Source: Candidatus Saccharimonadia bacterium (GTDB lineage Bacteria > Patescibacteriota > Saccharimonadia > UBA4664). From it: DNA of 64,000 nucleotides. Location of the stretch: assembly GCA_035544015.1 (NCBI GenBank), contig DATKIP010000076.1, forward strand, positions 192,299 to 256,298, read 5' to 3'. Below the pieces are notes generated by a model that was not told the DNA's origin, did not search any database, and saw only the letters and a program-made list of their open reading frames with translations. How positions within the stretch are numbered: position 1 is the stretch's first letter; each line of letters begins with the position of its first letter. Positions 1 through 8,020 of the stretch are shown here, one piece after another. A program made the translations under genes and the position numbers.

Positions 1-1673
1 TCTACCTAGAGGTAGACGAAGACATCACGTCAGCCATTGATAAGCTGAGTAAATCGGCCGAGCACTCGGTTCAAATCGTCGTACCCAAACGCTCGACGAT
101 GCTGCAGAGCATTATCAACCTCAAACTGCTCAAGAAAGCCGCTGAGCAGGGCGGCAAAGAGCTCGTGCTCGTCACAAACGACCGTATCGCTACCGATCTG
201 GCGGCACGGGTGGGTTTGGCCGTGGCGCCGTCGCTGGGAGCCAAGCCGGTAATTGCCGAAGCCCACATTCCCGATGCGCTCAAGTCGCACGAAGAAGTCA
301 TCGAGGCTGACGATCCCGAACCCCCGCCGCTGCCGGAGTCTACGCCCGAGCCTCCGCCCAAAGCCGCCAAAAAGCCCTTCCTCAAGCGATTAAACGTCAG
401 CGACGGCCCGCCCGCAGCACCGGCCGCCCTAGCCGCCTCGGCGGGAGATGCGGCCCCCGAGCCCGCCGCCAGTGCCAAAAAAACACCCAAAATCCCCAAC
501 TTCCACCGCCTCCAGCGCCGCGTCATGTGGGTAGCCGGTGCCGCGCTGCTCGTGGGCGGGTACGTGCTGGGCATGTACCTCTTTACCACCGCCAAGGTCA
601 CCCTCTACGCCGCCGGGACCAAGGTCAGCATCGACACCACCTTTAGCGTCGACCCCAACCTCAAAACCACCGACCAACCCAAAGCCACCCTGGCCGGCCA
701 GCTCGTCACCGTCACCAAGGACCTCAGCGGGCCATTGACGCCCACGGGCAAAAAAGACGCCGGCACCAAAGCTTCCGGCACTATCGTCGTGTCAAATGAA
801 TACGACACCAGCCCCCACGCCCTCGTGGCCGGCACCCGCTTCCAGGCGCCCGACGGCAAGATCTTCCACAGCCAAGCCGATAGCTCTGTGCCGGGCGCCA
901 CCGTTGGCCTTTCGGGCGGCCAAATCGTGCTCACCCCCGGCAAATCCGACCCCATCGCCGTGGAGGCCGAAACCTCCGGCGACACCTACAATGAAGCGCC
1001 CGCGCGCTACACAATCCCCGGCTACAGCGCGGCCATGCAGGCCAAAATTTACGGCCAGGGCGCGCAAATGAACGGCGGCACCACCAAAACCGTCACCATC
1101 GTAGCCCAATCCGATGTCGATACCGAGAAGGCCGCCCTGCTCGACAAAGACAAAGACAACGCCACCCGCGATCTGGGCGGCAAAGTCCCCAGCGGCTACG
1201 TCGCATTGCCGTCGTCGCAGGCCACCGCGACCACCACTGTGACTCCCTCGCCGGCCGTCGGCGCCGAAGGCGACACCGGCACCCTCGCGATCAAAGTTAG
1301 CTACACCGTACTGGCCGTCAAAAAATCCGAATACGAGGCCCTCATCCATGCCCAGGAGCAAAAGCAGGTCGGCGACAAAAACCAAATTTACGACGACGGC
1401 CTCAGCGCCGCCCAGGTGACCGTCACGGGCGACAAAGATGCTACCGGGCGCCAAAGTTTCCACCTCACCACTGAGGCCTATGGCGGCGCCAAGCTCGACA
1501 AAACCGCCATCGCCGCCAAGCTCAAAGGCCAGCGTTACGGCGACGCCTCCAATATCGCCAGCGGCCTGCCGGGCGTCACCCGCGCCGAGATCAGCCTTTG
1601 GCCGGCGTGGGTCGCGAGCTTGCCCTCCCGACCTGATAAAATAACTATCACGATCCAGGTCGCTTCCAAATAA
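1..1673 (+). CDS. Hypothetical membrane-anchored protein, 5' partial. The frame is open from the window edge. It has a Pro-rich linker, one TM helix and a large extracytoplasmic domain.
   Basis: The frame-3 ORF has no stop back to nt 3. A TM segment VMWVAGAALLVGGYVLGMYLF is followed by a roughly 350 aa Thr/Gly-rich domain. No recognisable family. Confidence 0.5.
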   Translation, partial: YLEVDEDITSAIDKLSKSAEHSVQIVVPKRSTMLQSIINLKLLKKAAEQGGKELVLVTNDRIATDLAARVGLAVAPSLGAKPVIAEAHIPDALKSHEEVIEADDPEPPPLPESTPEPPPKAAKKPFLKRLNVSDGPPAAPAALAASAGDAAPEPAASAKKTPKIPNFHRLQRRVMWVAGAALLVGGYVLGMYLFTTAKVTLYAAGTKVSIDTTFSVDPNLKTTDQPKATLAGQLVTVTKDLSGPLTPTGKKDAGTKASGTIVVSNEYDTSPHALVAGTRFQAPDGKIFHSQADSSVPGATVGLSGGQIVLTPGKSDPIAVEAETSGDTYNEAPARYTIPGYSAAMQAKIYGQGAQMNGGTTKTVTIVAQSDVDTEKAALLDKDKDNATRDLGGKVPSGYVALPSSQATATTTVTPSPAVGAEGDTGTLAIKVSYTVLAVKKSEYEALIHAQEQKQVGDKNQIYDDGLSAAQVTVTGDKDATGRQSFHLTTEAYGGAKLDKTAIAAKLKGQRYGDASNIASGLPGVTRAEISLWPAWVASLPSRPDKITITIQVASK

Positions 1674-1692
1674 CCTCAGGGGAATCATCACC

Positions 1693-2082
1693 GTGGCCAA
1701 ATATCTCGGCATCGATTACGGCACCAAGCGCGTCGGTCTCGCCACGGCCGACGCCGACGCCAAGGTAGCCACCCCGCTCACGGCCGTGGCGCCCCACGAG
1801 CTGGCCGTGGCCATTGAGCGCGAGGGGCCGTTTGAGGCCGTGGTGGTGGGCCTGCCGCGCGGCCTCGACGGCCAAGACACGCCCCAGACCCTGGCCGTGC
1901 GGCGCTTCAGCGACGACGTGCTATGGCGCCGGCTCCATCTGGAGCCAGTGTTCCAAGACGAAGCCGGCACCTCGGCCCTAGCCGAGGACCGTCTCAAAGA
2001 ATCCGGTAAGCCGTACAACAAAGGCGACATCGATTCCGCCGCCGCCGCCCTCATTTTGCAAGATTACCTCGACACCCTATGA
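1693..2082 (+). CDS. ruvX: Holliday-junction resolvase-like putative pre-16S rRNA nuclease RuvX/YqgF
   Basis: N-terminal LGIDYGTKRVGLA, the hallmark of the YqgF/RuvX family. GTG start. 4-nt overlap with the downstream mltG, the conserved yqgF-yceG arrangement. Confidence 0.85.
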   Translation: MAKYLGIDYGTKRVGLATADADAKVATPLTAVAPHELAVAIEREGPFEAVVVGLPRGLDGQDTPQTLAVRRFSDDVLWRRLHLEPVFQDEAGTSALAEDRLKESGKPYNKGDIDSAAAALILQDYLDTL

Positions 2083-3077
2083 TCAAGCGCCGTTCACATC
2101 GCCGTTCTATCATTACGGCCGTAGCCGTGGTCGGCATGATTCTAACCTGCGGCCTCTATCTGGGCTACCGGCTGCAGCTGCGCCCCGTAGCCGCCACTGG
2201 TCCCGCCAAAGAATTCGCCGTGGCGGCCGGCGACAATGCGCCCCGCATTGCCCAGCACCTCCTCGACGCCGGCCTCATCCGGGATCGCACGGCCTTCGTC
2301 ACCTACGTCAATTTCCATGGTCTCCGGCCGCGGCTCAAGGTCGGCCGGTACCTTCTCGCCCCCACCCAGTCCGCCGATCAAATCGCCGACACCCTCGCCA
2401 GCGGCCACACTCTCACCAAGCGCCTTACCGTCCCCGAGGGCTACCGCCTAACCCAAATCGAAACCGCGGCCGCCGCTGTCGGCATCAGCCAGGCCGATTT
2501 TAAGGCCGCCCTCAGCGCCCCCCACGCGCAGAGCTTCCTGACCGGCAAACCCGCCTCGGTCGACCTCGAAGGCTATCTCTTTCCCGATTCGTACCAAATC
2601 GACAGTACCACCACTGCCACCACACTCGTAAACGACATGCTCGACACCTTCGGCAAACGGGTCGGCCCCGAATATGTGCAAACGTTTACCGCCGAAGGTC
2701 TCACCCTCCACCAGGGCCTCACGCTAGCCTCCATGGTGGAACGCGAGGTCAACATTCCGGCCGACCGCCCCATCGTCGCCCAAATTTTCCTCAAACGCCT
2801 GCGCCTGGGCCAAACTCTCGGCTCCGACGTCACCGCCCATTACGCCGCCGAACTCCTCGGGGTGCCATTTAGCGTGGACATCGACTCGCACTACAACACC
2901 CGCCGCTACCCCGGCCTGCCACCAGGCCCCATTTGCAGCCCCGGCCTCAGCGCGCTCGACGCCGCCGCTCACCCCGCCGCCACCGATTACCTCTTCTTTC
3001 TCAGCGGCAAGGACGGCAAAACCTACTTTGCCAAAACCCTCGCCGAGCACAACCAAAACATCGCCAAGCATTTGTAA
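2079..3077 (+). CDS. mltG: Endolytic murein transglycosylase MltG (YceG-like)
   Basis: N-terminal TM anchor, then the YceG-like domain (GLRPRLKVGRYLL, TIPEGY, catalytic-region similarity). Lies downstream of ruvX. Confidence 0.85.
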   Translation: MIKRRSHRRSIITAVAVVGMILTCGLYLGYRLQLRPVAATGPAKEFAVAAGDNAPRIAQHLLDAGLIRDRTAFVTYVNFHGLRPRLKVGRYLLAPTQSADQIADTLASGHTLTKRLTVPEGYRLTQIETAAAAVGISQADFKAALSAPHAQSFLTGKPASVDLEGYLFPDSYQIDSTTTATTLVNDMLDTFGKRVGPEYVQTFTAEGLTLHQGLTLASMVEREVNIPADRPIVAQIFLKRLRLGQTLGSDVTAHYAAELLGVPFSVDIDSHYNTRRYPGLPPGPICSPGLSALDAAAHPAATDYLFFLSGKDGKTYFAKTLAEHNQNIAKHL

Positions 3078-3090
3078 TCTTGAATCTCAG

Positions 3091-3117
3091 ACCCCAGCCA
3101 TTCAGTCTGGGGTTTAT
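3091..3117 (+). terminator. Rho-independent terminator after mltG
   Basis: Hairpin ACCCCAG-N9-CTGGGGT followed by TTTAT. Confidence 0.5.
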
Positions 3118-3334
3118 CCTCCTCGCTCTGCGTATCGGTGATTTTTGACACAAAGTGTCATTTTTTACCGATGCACTTAATCTAAGGTACAAGGCGTGAG
3201 CTTCCGAGATCCTGGCTTTACGGCTATTGACGTTATGAGTAGTTTATTGTTATATATAACACGTTCCGTCTGACCCAGCACGCCCACCCAGGGCATCGCC
3301 AGACGGACACCGTACCCCGAACCTGGAGGTTCGC

Positions 3335-3886
3335 ATGACATCCAGCTCCCCGACCGACCCGGCTGGCGGCCCCCACGCACCCGGCGACGCCAGTATGCCC
3401 ACCGGTATCGGCGCCCTCCTCGGGGGCTTCATCGACCACGCGCTTCAGACGGTCGCCACCGTGGCCGGCCTGCCGACTCCGACCCCAACCTCGGCCGGTC
3501 CGCCAACCCCGCCCGCACCGCCGAGCCCGAGGGACCTGTTCCTCGATGTGGTCATGGCCGCGGCCGTGGTCGTCATCGCCCCCGGCCAGGCCGTCTGCGG
3601 CAACTGCTACGAGCTAGTGCCCCAGCCGCCCGACATTCCACGCGACGTGGGCACAGTGACCTGTGACCACTGCGGCATCCACTTCTGGGCCATCCTCGTC
3701 CTCGAAGGGCAAGACGTCACGGCCACGCAGGTGGTGGCATTGTCGAGAGCCTGGAACTTGCTGTTCCTCGGGGCCGCGCGTCTGTTGCCGCCCAGTACTG
3801 GCCGGCGCTACCGGCTCGCTCGGGCCTGGATAGGCGACAGGCCGGTCGGCATCGTGACGCCCGACCCGAACAACCCCACCTCCTGA
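3335..3886 (+). CDS. Hypothetical Pro-rich protein with a putative CxxC...CxxC zinc ribbon
   Basis: ORF following an AT-rich intergenic region. CGNCYELV and CDHCGIHF motifs. Low-complexity N-terminus. Could be spurious in high-GC DNA. Confidence 0.3.
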   Translation: MTSSSPTDPAGGPHAPGDASMPTGIGALLGGFIDHALQTVATVAGLPTPTPTSAGPPTPPAPPSPRDLFLDVVMAAAVVVIAPGQAVCGNCYELVPQPPDIPRDVGTVTCDHCGIHFWAILVLEGQDVTATQVVALSRAWNLLFLGAARLLPPSTGRRYRLARAWIGDRPVGIVTPDPNNPTS

Positions 3887-3896
3887 GTCCGGGACC

Positions 3897-3928
3897 CTCG
3901 CCCCGCGCCGCTGTGCGCGCGGGGCGAG
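3897..3928 (+). terminator. GC-rich 12-bp stem-loop (putative intrinsic terminator or structural element)
   Basis: CTCGCCCCGCGC-loop-GCGCGGGGCGAG perfect inverted repeat immediately after the 3335-3886 ORF. No strong U-tract. Confidence 0.35.
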
Positions 3929-4121
3929 GCCCATCCCAAGTTTTCAAGTTAATTGAAGATTTAGGACGGGCAAATTTCCCGGCCAAAAGCCACAAAACTA
4001 CTAAGCCAAGCACTATCAGGCTCGGATTTGACATATAGCAAACCTGTGCTAGTGGTCGAAGCCCCGAAAAATCAGCCGTTTTTCACCTCATTTTTTGGGC
4101 CTTATCACGCCTGGGGCTCGG

Positions 4122-4150
4122 TTGACACTCATATGGACCCGAATTAGACT
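4122..4150 (+). promoter_or_regulatory. Putative sigma70-type promoter for the LysM-CHAP hydrolase gene (TTGACA-17-TAGACT)
   Basis: -35 TTGACA at 4122-4127, 17-nt spacer, -10 TAGACT at 4145-4150. Leaves an approximately 190-nt leader. Confidence 0.3.
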
Positions 4151-4346
4151 ACGAAAGTAAATTGATAAGCGTGAGCACTATCGGTTTACTACTCGCACCG
4201 TCGACACGAAGCATTAACCAGGTCGAAATACTTCTGCCCTCAAATCTGAGGGGAAGGACGGACTGCCAGTAGTTCCTCGCGCACTCGCGAGATGGAGAAA
4301 CATTATTAGTAGAGATGCCCTTAGCGTCTCCCTCGATCAATTCCCT

Positions 4347-5519
4347 ATGGGCCAAATCGCCCCGGGAGTCGGAGACACGTCAGAGCCATTTTCGAACATA
4401 AAAACTCCCGCAGCCCCAAAGACACGCCGAGCTGCCTCTAAATTCGAAATTACCACCGCTATCGCTAAAAATTCGCTAGCGGCGGCCCACCTGCTGCGCC
4501 AGGGCTATCGCCCGCGCTATCTCGCCCACCTCGGTTTTCTCGGTGCCGCGGCGTTTCTCGTGATCGGCAATAGCCCCGACCGAGCTCATTCAGTATCGGT
4601 GCGCCTCATGTCGGCCCAGGCCGGCGCGAGCTCCACGCTCGACGCCGCCGCGACCGCCAGCATGGCCGCCGACATCGCCGCCAAAAGCCAGCTGATGGTC
4701 GCCGAAGATGCTACCAAAACCGCCACCACCAAGAGCCAGCAAGTAGCCCTGCTCACCGCCGACGACAATGCACTGGCCAAACGCCAGGTCGTTTCCACGG
4801 CCGGCAACGCCACGCGCGACATCATCACCTACGCCGTCCAGCCGGGCGACACGCTTTCGGACGTGGCCGGTAAATTTGGCATCACCAGCGCCACCATCAA
4901 ATGGGCCAACAACCTCGACGACGCCGACATGATCAAGCCCGGCCAGGTGCTCACCATTCTGCCCGTCAGCGGCCTCGAGTATACCGTGCAGGCCGGCGAC
5001 ACCCCCGACAGCATCGCCGCAGCCTACAGTGCCAACGCTGCCCAAATCTTGTCGTTTAACAACGCCGAGGTCAAAGGTCTCGCCGCCGGCTTGAAGATTA
5101 TCGTGCCCGACGGCGTCAAACAAGAGGCGCCCAAAGCCGCCCCGGCCGTCACCAACAAATACAGCCGCGTCGCCGGTGCCGCTACCGTCTCGCCCACGCT
5201 CACCCGCTTCGCTTTCAGCGGCAACGGCTACTCTGTTGGCTACTGCACCTACTACGTGGCCTCCCGCCGCGCCGTGCCCTCAAACTGGGGCAACGCCGTC
5301 AGCTGGTACTACAACGCCCAGGCCTCCGGCTTCGGCGTCGGCTCCACGCCCGTGCCCGGCGCCATCGCTTGGAGCGGCGCCGGCTACTACGGCCACGTCG
5401 CCTATGTGGAATCCGTCTCCGGCGGCATGGTCACCGTCAGCGAAATGAACTACAACGGTGGCTGGAACCGGGTCAGCACCCGCACGGTATCTGCCGGCAC
5501 CTTCCGCTACATCTTCTAG
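4347..5519 (+). CDS. Membrane-anchored peptidoglycan hydrolase with 2x LysM and a C-terminal CHAP domain
   Basis: TM helix LAHLGFLGAAAFLVIG. Two LysM repeats (YAVQPGDTLSDVAGKFG..., YTVQAGDTPDSIAAAY...). C-terminal CHAP with the Cys (GYCTYYV) and His (GHVAYVESV) motifs. Confidence 0.8.
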   Translation: MGQIAPGVGDTSEPFSNIKTPAAPKTRRAASKFEITTAIAKNSLAAAHLLRQGYRPRYLAHLGFLGAAAFLVIGNSPDRAHSVSVRLMSAQAGASSTLDAAATASMAADIAAKSQLMVAEDATKTATTKSQQVALLTADDNALAKRQVVSTAGNATRDIITYAVQPGDTLSDVAGKFGITSATIKWANNLDDADMIKPGQVLTILPVSGLEYTVQAGDTPDSIAAAYSANAAQILSFNNAEVKGLAAGLKIIVPDGVKQEAPKAAPAVTNKYSRVAGAATVSPTLTRFAFSGNGYSVGYCTYYVASRRAVPSNWGNAVSWYYNAQASGFGVGSTPVPGAIAWSGAGYYGHVAYVESVSGGMVTVSEMNYNGGWNRVSTRTVSAGTFRYIF

Positions 5520-5834
5520 TACCGCAAACCCAGCCGCTCCTTGGCGAGCCGCCTGTTCGTGTGCGCGTGCCGTCCCGGCCAGAGCCCGCCGTCCGGCCTC
5601 TGTGATACGATACAATTTGCGCCCGGCGTGAATCTCTGACTCACCCCACCGCTCAATCAAACCATCCCGCTCCAGGATTTTAAGAGTAGCGTATAAGCTG
5701 CTGGGGCGCAGATATACTCCGCCGACACTATCGCCAATTAACCTACCGGCCACCGCATAGCCATGCCCCGGTTCCTCCGCCAATGCCAACAGTACGAAAT
5801 ATTGAGCAGTCTCAAGCACGCCCGGTTTACTCAT
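5280..5834 (-). CDS. PadR-family transcriptional regulator. The N-terminal approximately 105 aa are the real domain. The open frame runs on through the antisense of the CHAP gene to the first stop.
   Basis: N-terminal winged-helix PadR signature (YFVLLALAEEPGHGYAV...LYATLKILERDGLIE). The C-terminal 80 aa are G/A/V-rich low complexity, antisense to 4347-5519. Confidence 0.65.
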   Translation of the reverse strand: MSKPGVLETAQYFVLLALAEEPGHGYAVAGRLIGDSVGGVYLRPSSLYATLKILERDGLIERWGESEIHAGRKLYRITEAGRRALAGTARAHEQAARQGAAGFAVLEDVAEGAGRYRAGADPVPATVVVHFADGDHAAGDGFHIGDVAVVAGAAPSDGAGHGRGADAEAGGLGVVVPADGVAPV

Positions 5835-6191
5835 GCGGCCGCACTATTCCATTTTTTGGACTAATAAAAGCTCAGCCGCAATCAGCGCTTGTTTTAGCCA
5901 TAATTCTGGAGAATCTTGAAAATTTTACTAACTCACTGGCCGGTCAGGCTCACACTCCAGCCAGCTGCGCTCTCGCTGCCCCCTCCAACCCCGGCAGAGA
6001 AAACTACTCTCATCGACTACTCCAAAAACTGGAATAGTGCCACCATGCATGCCCCCGCATCAATGAGCCCCACAAAAAAATCGCCCGAAATGAGCGATCA
6101 AAAATAATAATTCAGTGGTGGCCGCGGCCAGGTTGCGACGAATCGCTTCCTGACCGCGGCGCACCCGCATCTCGCCGTCCCGGCCTTGCCC

Positions 6192-6545
6192 CTACAGGGG
6201 CGGCAGGGCTTCCAAGCGCGGCTGGGACGCAGCGTTGCGTGCCCGGCGACGGGTTGCCCACACGGGGCGACGGTGGTGGTTGAGGATGACAAGCCCGCGA
6301 AAGGCGAGGGCCGCAAGTGCGGCCCACAGCAGGCCATGCCCGATTGAGTCGCCAAATTGAATCGGCGGCATGCCGTCATGCGTTGTCCACCACGCCTGAG
6401 CGTGGAAAGAAACGCGGACAGCGATCGCGAAGGGCAGGCAGATGAATGTGGCGGTGTACCACCGCACCAGCTGGGCTGCCAGCCAGCTCGCCCACCCCGG
6501 TATGGATTTGGCGGCTAACTTGGCTTCGTGAACGGTCTGGCTCAT
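6192..6545 (-). CDS. Hypothetical small membrane protein
   Basis: 117 aa with two predicted TM segments. Lies upstream of the PadR gene on the same strand. Confidence 0.35.
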   Translation of the reverse strand: MSQTVHEAKLAAKSIPGWASWLAAQLVRWYTATFICLPFAIAVRVSFHAQAWWTTHDGMPPIQFGDSIGHGLLWAALAALAFRGLVILNHHRRPVWATRRRARNAASQPRLEALPPL

Positions 6546-6705
6546 TGCTTCCCCCCGGAACCAACGTTGTTTGCAGCGCGCTGGGTGCGCGTGCAGAGGT
6601 GCGAGTGCTCTGAAGCCGGCAAAACCGACCGCAGAGCCATATTATAGCACATTAAAGCAAAAAATGCTAGATTTATCCCCAGACTTCTGCTATGGTAAGG
6701 GCACA

Positions 6706-7974
6706 ATGTTTGTAGATACCGCCACAATTGAAGTCAAAGCGGGCAAGGGCGGCGATGGCCGTTCGAGCTTTCGGCACGAAAAATACCGTGCTATGGGCGG
6801 CCCCGACGGCGGCGACGGCGGCCGCGGCGGCAATATCATCGTGCGCGTCGATCACAATCTCAACACCCTCGTCGCCTACCGCAACGCCAAAACCTTGCGC
6901 GCCGAGAGCGGCCAGCCCGGGGGCGGCAACCGCATGCACGGCAAAAACGGCGAAGACCAGATCGTGCCCGTCCCGCAAGGCACCCAGCTGTGGGAGGGCG
7001 AGCAACTCCTGGCCGACCTCACCGGCCCCGCCGATGAACTCATCATCGCCAAAGGCGGCCGCGGTGGCTTTGGCAACGCGCACTTCAAATCCAGCACCCG
7101 CCAGGCGCCACGCAACGCCGAGCTCGGCGACCCCGGCGAGGCCCACAACCTCCGCCTCGAGCTCAAAATGGTCGCCGACGTCGGCCTTGTAGGCCTGCCC
7201 AACGCCGGCAAATCCACGCTGCTGTCGGTCATCTCCAACGCCAAGCCCGAAATCGCCGATTATCCCTTCACCACCCTCGTGCCCAACCTCGGCGTGGTCG
7301 ACGTCGACGACTTCGGCTTCCTCGTCGCCGACATCCCCGGCCTCATCGAAGGCGCCAGCGAGGGCAAAGGCCTCGGCGACGAATTCCTGCGCCACATCGA
7401 GCGCACTGCCGTGCTACTGCACCTCGTGGATGCCGGCACCGCCGATCCCGTCGCCGACTACCGCGTGATTCAGTCTGAACTGGCGCAGTATCAGGTCGAC
7501 CTCTCGCTCAAGCCCCAGCTCGTCGTCATCACCAAGGTCGAAACCGTCGACCAGCCCACGCTCACAGCCGTCACCAAGGCCATCAAAAAAGTTGCCAAAT
7601 CTACCCCCCTCTTCGCCATTTCTGCCCAGGCGCATCAAGGCCTGCTCGAGGTTTTGCGCGCCGCTGCCGAGCTCGTGAAGGCCGCCCGCACGCAGCGCGC
7701 CGCCGAGCTCGCCGAGGCCGTCGTGCCCATCATCGACACTGTCGATTCGCCCGACTTTTGGCGCGTGGCGGCCGACGGCCCGGGCGCCTGGCGCGTCACC
7801 GGCGAGCGCATCGAGGGCTTCGCCCGCCGCACCAACTTCGATCAAGACGACGGCATCCGCCGCCTGCGCGACATCCTCGCCAAAATGGGCATCGCCGCCG
7901 CGCTCCGCCGCCAAGGCGCCCAGGACGGCGACACCATTCGCATCGGCGACACCGAACTCGCCTGGCTCGATTAG
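6706..7974 (+). CDS. obg: GTPase Obg/CgtA
   Basis: MFVDTATIEVKAGKGGDG Gly-rich Obg fold, G1 GLPNAGKST, DIPGLIEGA, NKVE-like TKVE, C-terminal OCT/TGS-like domain. ATG at 6706 preferred over the upstream in-frame ATG at 6571 (N-terminal region unconserved). Confidence 0.9.
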   Translation: MFVDTATIEVKAGKGGDGRSSFRHEKYRAMGGPDGGDGGRGGNIIVRVDHNLNTLVAYRNAKTLRAESGQPGGGNRMHGKNGEDQIVPVPQGTQLWEGEQLLADLTGPADELIIAKGGRGGFGNAHFKSSTRQAPRNAELGDPGEAHNLRLELKMVADVGLVGLPNAGKSTLLSVISNAKPEIADYPFTTLVPNLGVVDVDDFGFLVADIPGLIEGASEGKGLGDEFLRHIERTAVLLHLVDAGTADPVADYRVIQSELAQYQVDLSLKPQLVVITKVETVDQPTLTAVTKAIKKVAKSTPLFAISAQAHQGLLEVLRAAAELVKAARTQRAAELAEAVVPIIDTVDSPDFWRVAADGPGAWRVTGERIEGFARRTNFDQDDGIRRLRDILAKMGIAAALRRQGAQDGDTIRIGDTELAWLD

Positions 7975-7982
7975 AGCATTAA

Positions 7983-7991
7983 TGGTATAAT
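7983..7991 (+). promoter_or_regulatory. Extended -10 promoter element TGgTATAAT upstream of the ABC exporter gene
   Basis: TGGTATAAT at 7983-7991, about 30 nt upstream of the 8021 start codon. Confidence 0.35.
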
Positions 7992-8020
7992 CCCCCGGTT
8001 GTAAAGCAACCGTTAGAAGT

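Noticed and set aside
71-1712. Long minus-strand ORFs (176 aa and 306 aa) inside the 99-1673 gene
   Set aside because: G/A/V-rich low-complexity translations antisense to a coding gene. Typical stop-codon-poor antisense frames in high-GC DNA.
6571-6705. Upstream in-frame extension of obg (ORF track start 6571)
   Set aside because: The 45 extra residues (MQRAGCACRG...) are unconserved and Cys/Arg-rich. The canonical Obg N-terminus MFVD begins at the ATG at 6706.
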